This document shows, one piece after another, positions 9,347-18,240 of a stretch of DNA of 64,000 nt. The notes under the pieces are model-generated. The model did not search any database and was not told the DNA's origin. It worked only from the letters and a program-made list of their open reading frames with translations. The DNA comes from Candidatus Eiseniibacteriota bacterium (GTDB lineage: Bacteria > Eisenbacteria > RBG-16-71-46), in contig JACOSU010000081.1 in the NCBI GenBank assembly GCA_016178685.1, forward strand, positions 722 through 64,721, given 5' to 3'. A program made the position numbers and the translations under genes. How positions within the stretch are numbered: position 1 is the stretch's first letter; each line of letters opens with the position of its first letter.

Positions 9347-9410
9347 GCCGCACCTCTGCGCCACGGCCCATCGCGGCGCCGGATCCGCGGCCCGGGATCG
9401 GGAAGACGCC

Positions 9411-10478
9411 ATGCGTGATGCGCCGCGCCGCGGCTCCGGAGCGCGGCGCGTGAGCGTGAACGTGAAGGCGCTCGAGCCCGCCGGCTTCGCGCGGTGGGAC
9501 GACTACATCCAGCGCGCACCCGGGTCGAACTTCGCATCGCGCAGCGGGTGGAAGGGCGTGGTCGAGAGTCAGTTCGGCTGCCGGTCCGACTGGCGCTACG
9601 CCGAGCGCGACGGACGCGTGGTGGGCGTGCTGCCGCTGTTCGAGAAGCCCGCAGGCGGAAGGGCGCGCATGCTGTTCTCGGCGCCCGGCGGCCTGCTCGC
9701 CGACGACGAGGAGGCCGCGGCCGAGCTGCTGTCTCCGGCGCGCGAGCGCGTCCGGAGCGAGAAGCTCGAGCTGATCGAGCTGCGCGATCAACGCCGGCGC
9801 TGGGACGGACTCGAGACCAGCGAGGAGCATTGCACCATGATCCTGCGGCTCGAGGCGGACGTGGACGCGCAATGGAAGGCATTCGGCTTCAAGCTCCGCA
9901 ACAAGATCCGCAAGGCTCAGAAAAGCGATCTCACGACGCGCTGGGGACCGGAGCATCTCCCGGCGTGGCACCGCGTGATGCTCGAGAACCTGCGCGACCT
10001 CGGCACCCCGCTGCCCGGCGCCGGCTACTTTCGCGCGGTGCTGGATGCCTACGGCCCGGACATCGAGATCGAAGTGCTGGAATGCGGGGGCCGCACGATC
10101 GGCGCGCTGGCCGCGGTGCGCCATGCCGACGGATGCGCGAACCCGTGGTCGTCTTCGCTGCGTTCCGAACGCGACCGCTGCCCCAATCACATGCTCTACT
10201 GGGACGCGATCCAGCGGGCGATCGGCCAGGGTCTCAAGTGGTTCGATTTCGGGCGCAGCCAGTGGAACAGCAACACGTTCGAATTCAAGCGGGGCTGGGG
10301 CACCGAGCCCGCGCCGCTCTACTATCAGTACGTGCTCGGCACCGCGAAGCGCGTGCCCAGCCTTGATGATCAGAAACGGGCGTTCGCGCTCGCCGTGTGG
10401 CTGTGGCAGCGTCTCCCGCTCGCCGCGGCCGGCGCGCTGGGACCGGTAGCGCGGCGGCGTTTCCCGGAGGCGTTATGA
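9411..10478 (+). CDS. FemAB-like / BioF2-like GNAT-fold acyltransferase, of the type associated with PEP-CTERM EPS loci (TIGR03019-like).
   Basis: Size ~355 aa. Contains LPLFEKPAGGRARMLFSAPGG, WGPEHLPAWHRVMLENLRDLGTPLPGAGYF and a C-terminal WFDFGRS...FKRGWG, which is the FemAB-family fold pattern. It sits in an operon with polysaccharide-modifying enzymes. Confidence 0.5.
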   Translation: MRDAPRRGSGARRVSVNVKALEPAGFARWDDYIQRAPGSNFASRSGWKGVVESQFGCRSDWRYAERDGRVVGVLPLFEKPAGGRARMLFSAPGGLLADDEEAAAELLSPARERVRSEKLELIELRDQRRRWDGLETSEEHCTMILRLEADVDAQWKAFGFKLRNKIRKAQKSDLTTRWGPEHLPAWHRVMLENLRDLGTPLPGAGYFRAVLDAYGPDIEIEVLECGGRTIGALAAVRHADGCANPWSSSLRSERDRCPNHMLYWDAIQRAIGQGLKWFDFGRSQWNSNTFEFKRGWGTEPAPLYYQYVLGTAKRVPSLDDQKRAFALAVWLWQRLPLAAAGALGPVARRRFPEAL

Positions 10479-10981
10479 AGCGGATCGAGGGCCGCACCGA
10501 CCGGCAGGAGTACGAGCGCCGCATCGCGCCACGCAGCCTGCTGCGCATTCTGTGGCAGAAGCAGCTGCACATCCTGGCGCGCGTCACGATTCCGCTCGGG
10601 GCGCGCCTCGCGATCTATCGCGCGATGGGGATCCGCATCGGCCACGGCGTTTTCGTGGGCCTCGACACTTACCTCGGCTGCCAGTTCCCGGAGCTGATCG
10701 AGATCGAGGACGACGTGACGATCTCGTTCCGCGTCACGGTCGTGGTGCACGATGACGCGCGCCGCATGAGCGGCGTCATTCCCGGCCAGCTTGAGGGAAC
10801 CGTCGCCCCGGTGCGGTTCAGGCGCGGCTGCTATATCGGCGCCGGAGCGCTGATCCTGCCCGGCATCACGGTGGGCGAAGGCGCGGTGGTCGCGGCCGGC
10901 GCGGTTGTGACGCGCGACGTGCCACCGCACCAGGTGGTGGCGGGCGTCCCGGCGCGCACGATCAAGGAAACCGACGGATGA
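10475..10981 (+). CDS. Hexapeptide-repeat (left-handed beta-helix) O-acetyltransferase, WbbJ/WcaF/maltose-acetyltransferase-like.
   Basis: Repeats IGHGVFVG...IEIEDDVTISFRVTVV...GCYIGAGALILPGITVGEGAVVAAGAVVTRDVPPHQVVAGVPAR. Its ATG overlaps the upstream stop (ATGA). Confidence 0.8.
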   Translation: MKRIEGRTDRQEYERRIAPRSLLRILWQKQLHILARVTIPLGARLAIYRAMGIRIGHGVFVGLDTYLGCQFPELIEIEDDVTISFRVTVVVHDDARRMSGVIPGQLEGTVAPVRFRRGCYIGAGALILPGITVGEGAVVAAGAVVTRDVPPHQVVAGVPARTIKETDG

Positions 10982-13116
10982 CGCAACCATCGCGCGCGAT
11001 CCGCGGAGTCGCGACCGCGTGCGCGCTCGCGCTGATCGTGATCCTCTCGGAATTTCTGCGCGGCGTCCCCGGCGAGATCGCGCTCTACCCGCTGCTCGGC
11101 GCATTCCCCGGACTCGCGCTCGGCTGGGCGCTGCTGCCGCGCGCGTCCTCCACCACGCGCTGGGTGGTGGGGCTGGTGCTGGCGCCGCTCGCGAGCTCGA
11201 TCGCGGGCTGGGCGCTGCTGGCCGCGGGAATCCACGCCGCCGCCGCGGCGCGGGCGATCGGCTGGGTGGCGTGGGCGTTGTGGGCGGTTCAGCTCGCGCG
11301 CGAGCGGGCGGAATCCTCGCCCCGCGATGCCGCGCGCGCGAGAGACGTCGCCCGCGCGGCCGCGACCGGATCGCCGGGAGCCCCGGATGCGAACCCCGAT
11401 CCCGGCGACCGGACGCCGACGAGCGGCGCGGTGTGGGCGCTCAGCCTTGGCCTCTCACTCGCGATCGCGATTCCCCATTTCATCAATCCGTGGATGCTGG
11501 TCAAGTCCGACGCCTGGAATCACTGCGGGATCGTGTATCAGATTCTCGAGCGCGGCATGCCGCCCGAGGATCCGCGCTTCGCCGGACTTCACCTGAACTA
11601 CGTGTGGTTCTTCAATCTATTCGTGGGGCTCCTGTCGAGCGTCCACGACGGCGATCCGTTCGTGTTCATGAGCACACTCAATGTCGCCGACGTGGCGCTC
11701 ATCGCGTGGCTCGCCTACCTCGCGGGATGGATGCTGTGGCGCCGTTGCGAGGGGGCGCTCGGCGCGGCGCTGCTCACCTGTTTCGGATTCAACGCGTTCA
11801 TGTACCTGACATGGCCGTTGCGAGGACTGCGCGGGATGTCGGGGCTGCCGAATGGCGGGGGGGGGCCCACCTGGACGCTTCCGGCGCTCCACCTCGACTC
11901 CTCGCGCGTCCTCAACGACCTGGGCGCCCCGCATTCCTGGATCGAGAATTTCTTCGACAAGTTCATCGTCGGCACGTCGATCAACTATGCATGGCTGATG
12001 ATGATCCTGTTCCTGTGGGCCCTCGTCCGCCTGATGCGCGGGCGCGCCGGCGGCGTGTGGCTGATCGCCGCGCTGGCCGCGGCCGGAATGCAGTTGTGGC
12101 ATGGCGTCGTGGGCCTCTCGGTGGTTCCGGTCGCGGCCTGCACCCTGGTCCTCACGCTCGCGCTCCGTTCCGGGTGGAGATGGCTCCCGCCCGCTTCGCG
12201 CCTGCTGGATTTTGCGGCCGCGACGGCGGTCGGATTTTTCGCGGTGACCGGTTACACCCTGTCCATCTCGCGTGGGTGGGACGCGAAACAGACCGGGCTC
12301 CACGTCTCGCCGCTCCATCTGGATCCGATCGTGACGATCACGCTGGTCACGTCGTGCGCGCTGGCGGCGGCGCTGGCATGGAAACCGATGGTCTCCACGC
12401 TGCGCGGGCGCCGCGGGGACGCCGCGCCGCTCGTGGCCTATGCGGTTGGGATGTACGTGTTTTCGCTTCTGATCGCGCTGCCGAACCAGAACGAGGCCAA
12501 GTTCGCGTTCGAGGCATTCGTGCCGCTCGCGTTGTTTGGCGGGCCCGTGTTCACGGCGTGGGCGGGACGGATCCGCGCGCGCGCGGGCGCGCCGGGGATC
12601 GTCGCGCTGGCCGTGCTGCTCGCGGCGCCGCATGTGCTGACGCTGGTGGGCTTCACGCTCGATCGCGAGCGGAACACCTATCCGGCGCTCCACCCGGCCC
12701 CGGGTGAGACGGCGCTCTACGACCGGATCCGGGCGCAGACGCCTCGCGGAATGGTGTTCGTGGACGATCACTACCGCGATCTGATCATGGTGCGCGCGCG
12801 GCGGCAGATGTACCTGGGCTCGGCTTCGGGCCCCGAGCGCGCCGCCTTCCCGCTCGCACAGGTCATCGAGCGCCGAGCCGTGATGGCGGACCTCTATGGC
12901 CCGGCGCGCGATCTGGATCGCGATGTCGCCTCTCTTGCGCAGCTCGGCCGTCCGGCATGCGTGGTGTTCCGATCGCAGGACGTTCCGGCGGGCGCGCGGC
13001 CGGGCGCGGCGCTCGAGAGGCGGCCTGACCTGTTCCGGCGCTGGTACGACCACGACGGCTTCGTGCTCTATGCTGTCGCGACACCGTCCTCGACATCCGG
13101 AGCCGCACGCCCATGA
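10978..13116 (+). CDS. Large (712 aa) polytopic integral membrane protein of unknown function. It may be a GT-C-like glycosyltransferase or a polymerase-type protein.
   Basis: It has more than 12 hydrophobic helices and a ~150 aa C-terminal soluble domain. ATGA overlaps link it to both neighbours. I could not recognise a diagnostic motif. Confidence 0.5.
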   Translation: MTQPSRAIRGVATACALALIVILSEFLRGVPGEIALYPLLGAFPGLALGWALLPRASSTTRWVVGLVLAPLASSIAGWALLAAGIHAAAAARAIGWVAWALWAVQLARERAESSPRDAARARDVARAAATGSPGAPDANPDPGDRTPTSGAVWALSLGLSLAIAIPHFINPWMLVKSDAWNHCGIVYQILERGMPPEDPRFAGLHLNYVWFFNLFVGLLSSVHDGDPFVFMSTLNVADVALIAWLAYLAGWMLWRRCEGALGAALLTCFGFNAFMYLTWPLRGLRGMSGLPNGGGGPTWTLPALHLDSSRVLNDLGAPHSWIENFFDKFIVGTSINYAWLMMILFLWALVRLMRGRAGGVWLIAALAAAGMQLWHGVVGLSVVPVAACTLVLTLALRSGWRWLPPASRLLDFAAATAVGFFAVTGYTLSISRGWDAKQTGLHVSPLHLDPIVTITLVTSCALAAALAWKPMVSTLRGRRGDAAPLVAYAVGMYVFSLLIALPNQNEAKFAFEAFVPLALFGGPVFTAWAGRIRARAGAPGIVALAVLLAAPHVLTLVGFTLDRERNTYPALHPAPGETALYDRIRAQTPRGMVFVDDHYRDLIMVRARRQMYLGSASGPERAAFPLAQVIERRAVMADLYGPARDLDRDVASLAQLGRPACVVFRSQDVPAGARPGAALERRPDLFRRWYDHDGFVLYAVATPSSTSGAARP

Positions 13117-13919
13117 GCGATCGACCGCCAGTTCGAACCGCAGGCACCCTGGCGACGCAGCCCGTGGCGTCCGGTGTAGCGCGACCGGCGCGCGGGGGCC
13201 CTCCGCGAGTGCTGGTGCTGATGCCGGCGCACAACGAAGAGGACAGCATCGGCGCGACCCTCGCCGAAATCCGCCGGCACCTGCCGGAGGCGGACGCGGT
13301 CGTGATCAACGATTACTCGAGCGACGCGACCACCCGGGTCGCAGAAGGGCTCGGCGCGCATGTGGTCGAGCTGCCGTGGAATCTCGGCTACGGCGGCGCG
13401 GTGCAGGCCGGATTCAAGTACGCGCTCGCGCACGATTACGACTTTGTGATTCAGATGGACGCCGACGGCCAGCACGATCCCGCGAGCGCGCGCGACCTGC
13501 TCGCTCCGGTGCTGGCCGGCACCACCGACGTGGCGATCGGCTCGCGTTTTCTCGGCAGCGTCCGGTACCGCATTCCGGCTTTTCGCCGGTTCGGCATGAG
13601 CGTGTTCGGAGCGATCGTCACGTTCGTGACGCGCCGCAGCTTCTCGGACCCCACGTCGGGCTACCAGGCCATGAACCGCCGCGTGATGGAATTCTTCGCG
13701 CGCGACAATTACCCGAGCGATTTTCCGGACGCCGACACCATCATCCTGCTCGCGCTCGCCGGATTCCGCGTGAGCGAGGTGCCGGTCACGATGCAGGCGC
13801 GCGTCGCCGGCGCCTCGATGCACTCGAACCTGAAGGCGATCTACTACGTTTCGAAGATGACGCTGTCGATCCTGATGGTGCTTCTGCGTCACCGGCGGCT
13901 GCGCGCCTCGGCACCATGA
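13113..13919 (+). CDS. GT2 family polyprenyl-phosphate glycosyltransferase (DPM1/GtrB-like). It is a paralog of the gene at 41132..41842.
   Basis: VLVLMPAHNEEDSI, VINDYSSDAT, QMDADGQHDP and a C-terminal TM tail. ATGA overlap with the upstream gene. Confidence 0.8.
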   Translation: MSDRPPVRTAGTLATQPVASGVARPARGGPPRVLVLMPAHNEEDSIGATLAEIRRHLPEADAVVINDYSSDATTRVAEGLGAHVVELPWNLGYGGAVQAGFKYALAHDYDFVIQMDADGQHDPASARDLLAPVLAGTTDVAIGSRFLGSVRYRIPAFRRFGMSVFGAIVTFVTRRSFSDPTSGYQAMNRRVMEFFARDNYPSDFPDADTIILLALAGFRVSEVPVTMQARVAGASMHSNLKAIYYVSKMTLSILMVLLRHRRLRASAP

Positions 13920-14794
13920 CCGGCTCTGGATTTCATCCTGCGGCGGTCTCGTTCGACATCGAGGACTGGTTCCACCCCGAACTGCTCCGCGGTCACGTCG
14001 CGCCGGACGATTCGCGCAGCGTGGTGCGCCAAGGCACCCACGCGATCCTCCTCCTGCTCGAGCGTCGCCGGGTCCCGGCCACATTCTTCGTGCTGGGCGA
14101 CGTCGCGCGACGCCACCCCGATCTGGTGCGCGCGATCGAAGCGGGCGGGCACGAAATCGCCTGCCACGGCATGACGCACCGGCCGCTCTGGAATCTCGAT
14201 CGGGAAAGTTTCCGCGGCGAGCTGCGCGACTTTCGCGCCGCGATTCGCGCGGCGCTCGGGCACGACCGCGCGGTGGGATTCCGCGCCCCCACGTTCAGCC
14301 TCGACCGATCGACCGCGTGGGCGCTCGATGTGCTGAGTGAAGAGGGCTTCAGGTGGGACTCGAGCGTGTTCCCGCTGCGCGTTGGCCTTTATGGGGTCCC
14401 GGGCGCGCCACTCGGCATCTATCGACCCTCCCGGTCGAACCTCGCGCGCCACGATCCGCGCGGCGCTCTGGTGGAATTCCCGGTCGCGGTCGGCGCTCTG
14501 GGGCCGCTGCGGCTTCCGGTCGCGGGTGGATTCTACCTGCGCGCGCTGCCGCTCGCGCTGATTCAGACCACGCTCGATCGCATCGCGCGTCGGCGCCCGT
14601 TCGCGCTCTACCTTCACCCCTGGGAATGCGCGCCGGACCTGCCGCGCGTGCGGCTCGCTCCCGCCGATGCGTTCGTCACCTACTGCAATCTCGGCACCGT
14701 GATGCGCAAGCTCGATGCGCTGCTCGGGCGTTACGCGTTCATGACCATGTCCGGCATCCTCGAGCGGTACGCGCCGCTCGCGCCGGCCGCGTGA
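13916..14794 (+). CDS. Polysaccharide deacetylase family protein (NodB-like; resembles the PEP-CTERM-locus subfamily TIGR03006).
   Basis: The N-terminus VSFDIEDWFHPELL, together with FFVLGDVARRHPDLVRAIEAGGHEIACHGMTH and LHPWE, gives the NodB-type DxD / H-H metal motifs. ATGA overlap with the upstream GT2. Confidence 0.7.
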   Translation: MTGSGFHPAAVSFDIEDWFHPELLRGHVAPDDSRSVVRQGTHAILLLLERRRVPATFFVLGDVARRHPDLVRAIEAGGHEIACHGMTHRPLWNLDRESFRGELRDFRAAIRAALGHDRAVGFRAPTFSLDRSTAWALDVLSEEGFRWDSSVFPLRVGLYGVPGAPLGIYRPSRSNLARHDPRGALVEFPVAVGALGPLRLPVAGGFYLRALPLALIQTTLDRIARRRPFALYLHPWECAPDLPRVRLAPADAFVTYCNLGTVMRKLDALLGRYAFMTMSGILERYAPLAPAA

Positions 14795-14809
14795 AACGGA
14801 GGACCCTCG

Positions 14810-15211
14810 ATGCCATCCGCCGTGATGTACACCGGGATCCAGCTTCGCACCCAGCTGTTCGTGGTGGCGGTCGGGATCGCGATGCTGCTGTTCATCCTGA
14901 ATCTCGTGAGACGCAAGCAGCTGCGCGAGCAATACTCGCTGCTGTGGATTTTGTCGGCGGTGGTGCTGGTGCTGAGCGCGGTGTTCATCCGCTCGGTGGA
15001 CCGGCTGGCGCACGTGGTGGGAATCTACTATCCGCCCGCGTTTCTGTTCCTGATCGCGATCCTGATGGTGCTGATCCTGCAGTTCCACTTCTCGACCGTG
15101 ATCTCGAACCTGCGCGAGCAGAACAAGAGCCTCACGCAGGACCTCGGCATCCTGAGCGCCGAGGTACGTGAGCTGCGCCGCGCTCTCGAGGCGCGGGGCC
15201 GCACGACGTGA
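14810..15211 (+). CDS. Small 3-4 TM membrane protein (DUF2304-like), the usual partner of DPM1-like GT2 enzymes. It is a paralog of the gene at 40740..41120.
   Basis: 133 aa with LLFILNLVRRKQLREQYSLLWIL...IYYPPAFLFLIAILMVLILQFHF and a C-terminal coiled tail. GGAGG lies 8 nt upstream of the ATG. Confidence 0.55.
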   Translation: MPSAVMYTGIQLRTQLFVVAVGIAMLLFILNLVRRKQLREQYSLLWILSAVVLVLSAVFIRSVDRLAHVVGIYYPPAFLFLIAILMVLILQFHFSTVISNLREQNKSLTQDLGILSAEVRELRRALEARGRTT

Positions 15212-15693
15212 ACACGCCCGGCCACGCGGAAACTCGCGGCGCCGCGACTCACGGTGCGGCGGCCGACATCGCGGCTGCCGACGTCGCCGAGGCCACGGAC
15301 GACGCCACGGCGCGGCGCGTGGCGCGTTTCCTGATCCGCGAGGAGCCGCGACCCGAAGAGATCGCACGCTGGCGAGACGCGGTGCGCGCGCACGGCGCGG
15401 CGCTCACGCGCGAGCGCGACCGGAGGCTGTGGAGCCTGCTGCGCTCGGCGCCATGGCTCACGAGCATGGTGGATGCGGGTCTCGCGCTTTCGGACCCGCA
15501 TTCCCCGGTGCGCCACCGCCACTACCTGATGCTGGTGGTGCTCGAAGCCTCCCCCCATCACACCCGGCGCTTCCTGCCGTGCGATACTTCACGCTTCGCG
15601 TTGATCGCGCTCGGCGGGCGCATGGTCCTTGCCGTCTTGAGCGCGACGCTCGGCGTCGTGCTGGTGCGGGCCACGGCGTGGATCTGGCGATGA
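15208..15693 (+). CDS. Hypothetical protein (161 aa) with a hydrophobic C-terminus. It may be a small partner subunit of the downstream GMC oxidoreductase.
   Basis: GTG start overlaps the upstream stop (GTGA). Codon usage is consistent with the neighbours. No recognisable domain. Confidence 0.35.
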   Translation: MNTPGHAETRGAATHGAAADIAAADVAEATDDATARRVARFLIREEPRPEEIARWRDAVRAHGAALTRERDRRLWSLLRSAPWLTSMVDAGLALSDPHSPVRHRHYLMLVVLEASPHHTRRFLPCDTSRFALIALGGRMVLAVLSATLGVVLVRATAWIWR

Positions 15694-15760
15694 CGGAAGC
15701 GATCCGGCATGCGCTGAAGCTTGCGAAGCGCGGCGTGCCGCCCTCGCCCGGGATGCGGCC

Positions 15761-17374
15761 GTGACCACCCGCGAATTCATCGTGGTGGGCTCGGGCATGA
15801 CCGGCGCCCACGCGGCACGGACGCTGGTCGACGCCGGGCGTGACGTGCTGATGGTGGATGCGGGCGTGCGGCCGCGACCCGGGGAGGCGCAGCCGCCCGA
15901 GACCGATTTCATCTCGGCGCGAGAAACCGACCCGGAGCAGCATCGCTACTTCCTGGGCGATCGATTCGAAGGGGTGCCGTGGGGTGAGACCGAACACACG
16001 CTCACCCCCCCGCGGCAGCACATCGTCGAGGGCGCCGCACGCTGGCTGCCGCTCGTCACGGAAACGTTTCAGCGCATGGAGAGCCTCGCCTACGGCGGGC
16101 TCGGCGCCGGCTGGGGCGCGGGCGCCGCGGTCTACACCCGGCCCGAGCTGTCCGCGATGGGACTCGACGCGGCATCGCTCGCGCCCGCCTACCGCGAGAT
16201 CGCGCGGCGCATCGGTCTCGCCGCCGAGAGCGACGATGCCACGGCGCTGTGCGGCGAGGGGCTCGAGGACACGCAGGCGCCGCTGCACATGGACGGCAGC
16301 ATCGCCGCGATCCACGCCGCCTACCGGCGCCGACGGAACCAGCTCAACGCACGCGGCATCGTGATGGGCAAGGTGCCGATGGCGGTGCTCACCTCCGATC
16401 TCGAAGATCGGCGCGGCACCGCCTACACCGACATGGAGTTCTGGGCCGATCACGGGCATTCCGTGTACCGGCCGTGGATGACGGTCGAATCCCTGCGTGC
16501 CGCGCCGCGCTTCGAATACCGCGGCGGGTTGCTGGTGACCGCGTTTCGCGAACGCTCCGATGCCATCGAAATCGAAGCGATGCGCCTCGAGGACGGCGCG
16601 CTCGAGACCTTTCGCGGGAGGCGCCTGGTGCTCGGCGCCGGCACGCTCGGCACCGCGCGCATCGTGCTGCGTTCGATGCCCGGCGTCCCCTCGCTGCCGC
16701 TGCTCTCGAACGGCTACTGCATCGCTCCCTGTCTCCACCTGCGCCGGCTGGGCCGCGCGCTCGAGCGGCGCCGCACCAGCCTCGGCCAGCTCGAGATGTT
16801 CTTCGATCCGGGCCGTGGCGGACTGGATGTGCGCATGGTGTCGCTCTACACCTATCGCTCGCTGCTGCTGTTCAAGCTGGTGCGCGAGGTGCCGCTCGCG
16901 CTCGGGGACGGCCTCGCGCTGATGCACGCGCTCTCGAGCGCGATCGTGCTCGCCACCATCAATCACCCCGACCACGCCGCGCCCGGCAAGCTCGTGCGGC
17001 GCCTGCCGGACGACCGGTCGCCGACCGGGGACGCGCTGCGCGTGGACTTCGCCCCCACGGCGGACGAGCGGCACGACAACGATCGCGCCGAACGCGCGAT
17101 CCTGAGCGCGATGCGAAAACTCGGCGCGCCCGCGCTCAAGCGCCAGAGCATGAAGCCGGGTTCGACCGTTCACTACGCCGGCACGCTGCCGTTCGGCGAC
17201 GGCGAACGTCCGTTCACACTCGGGACGGACGGGCGCCTGGCCGGCACCCTGCGCGTGTTCGTGGCCGACGGCTCCGGCTTCCGCTACCTTCCGTCGAACG
17301 GTCTCACGCTCACCCTGATGGCGAACGCCCATCTCGTGGCGAAGGGCCTGTGTGCGAGGAACGATGGCGACTGA
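15761..17374 (+). CDS. GMC family FAD-dependent oxidoreductase (glucose-methanol-choline type).
   Basis: The N-terminal Rossmann motif is FIVVGSGMTGAHAARTL...DVLMVDAG. The C-terminal GMC_oxred_C-like region is STVHYAGTLPFG...LRVFVADGSGFRYLPSNGLTLTLMANAHLVA. Confidence 0.75.
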   Translation: MTTREFIVVGSGMTGAHAARTLVDAGRDVLMVDAGVRPRPGEAQPPETDFISARETDPEQHRYFLGDRFEGVPWGETEHTLTPPRQHIVEGAARWLPLVTETFQRMESLAYGGLGAGWGAGAAVYTRPELSAMGLDAASLAPAYREIARRIGLAAESDDATALCGEGLEDTQAPLHMDGSIAAIHAAYRRRRNQLNARGIVMGKVPMAVLTSDLEDRRGTAYTDMEFWADHGHSVYRPWMTVESLRAAPRFEYRGGLLVTAFRERSDAIEIEAMRLEDGALETFRGRRLVLGAGTLGTARIVLRSMPGVPSLPLLSNGYCIAPCLHLRRLGRALERRRTSLGQLEMFFDPGRGGLDVRMVSLYTYRSLLLFKLVREVPLALGDGLALMHALSSAIVLATINHPDHAAPGKLVRRLPDDRSPTGDALRVDFAPTADERHDNDRAERAILSAMRKLGAPALKRQSMKPGSTVHYAGTLPFGDGERPFTLGTDGRLAGTLRVFVADGSGFRYLPSNGLTLTLMANAHLVAKGLCARNDGD

Positions 17375-18219
17375 TCACCGGTTGCGGATCGGCATCACCG
17401 GCGCCTCCGGCTTCATCGGCAGCCATGCCGTGGCGCGATTCTCCGCGCGCGAAGGTTGCCGTTCATCGCTTCGAGATGCCGGGCGCGATCGAGAGCCGCG
17501 AATTCGAAGGCCTCGACGTTCTGATCCATGGCGCGCTGGTCGAGTACGGCCCCGCGCATCGCGACGCCGATGCGACGAACCGCGCCGGCGCGGAACGCGT
17601 GATCGAGATCGCGCGCCGCCACGGCATCCGCGTGATCTTTCTCTCCACGCTCTCGGCCCACGCGGACGCCCGGTCGCACTACGGCCGGAACAAGCTCGAG
17701 CTCGAGCGGCTGTTCGATCCCGATCGGGACTGCATTCTGCGTCTGGGGCTGGTGCTCGGACAGGGCGGGCTGTTCGGCAACATGGTCGGCATGATCCGCA
17801 GCGCGTCGTTCATTCCGCTGCCCGATGGCGGAAAGCAGCCCATCCAGACGCTGTGGATGGAGGACCTGCTCGATGTGTTCGAGCGGGTCGCCACACGTGG
17901 CATCGCCGGCGGGTACGCTCTCGCGACCGCCGAGGTCACCACCATGCGCGAACTCTACGAAACCGTGATCGCGGGCCTCGGCGTCAAGCGAACGCTGGTT
18001 CCCGTGCCGCTCGCGCTGGTCGGAGCCGGCGTCGCCGTGCTCGAGGCGTTGCGCATCCCGTTCGGAATCAACAGCGAGAACGTGCTCGGCATCAAGTGCC
18101 TGCGCGCGTACGACCTTGCACTCGACCTCGCCGCGCTCGGGATCACGCCGCTGCCGCTGCGCGAGTCGGTGGCGCGGCTGCTGACGATGGAGAGCGACCG
18201 AAAGAGAGAGAGAGCCTAG
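17364..18219 (+). CDS. NAD-dependent epimerase/dehydratase family protein, apparently interrupted by a +1 frameshift at about 17445..17454. It is either a pseudogene or a sequencing error.
   Basis: The Rossmann N-terminus MATDHRLRIGITGASGFIGSHAVARFSAR is in frame 0. The rest of the protein (KVAVHRFEMPG...LDVLIHGALVEYG...NKLELERLF...) is in frame +1, inside the artefactual 16249..18219 ORF. The shift lies in a GCGCGCG run. Confidence 0.5.
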
Positions 18220-18230
18220 CGAAGCTTCGC
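18219..18230. terminator. Perfect 12-bp palindrome gcgaagcttcgc directly after the epimerase stop, between convergent genes. It is a candidate bidirectional terminator hairpin or a protein-binding palindrome.
   Basis: Seen directly in the sequence. The convergent minus-strand gene stops at 18241. No T-run follows, so assignment as an intrinsic terminator is weak. Confidence 0.25.
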
Positions 18231-18240
18231 CGTGCGGGTC

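Noticed and set aside
12896-14794. 632-aa ORF, plus the similar chimeric track ORFs 16249..18219, 41132..42958, 43433..45037 and 21860..23734.
   Set aside because: In each case only the C-terminal part has protein-like composition and family motifs. The N-terminal extension is Arg/Ala/Pro-rich and overlaps a real gene in another frame. True starts were set at internal ATG/GTG codons supported by stop/start overlaps or Shine-Dalgarno sequences.
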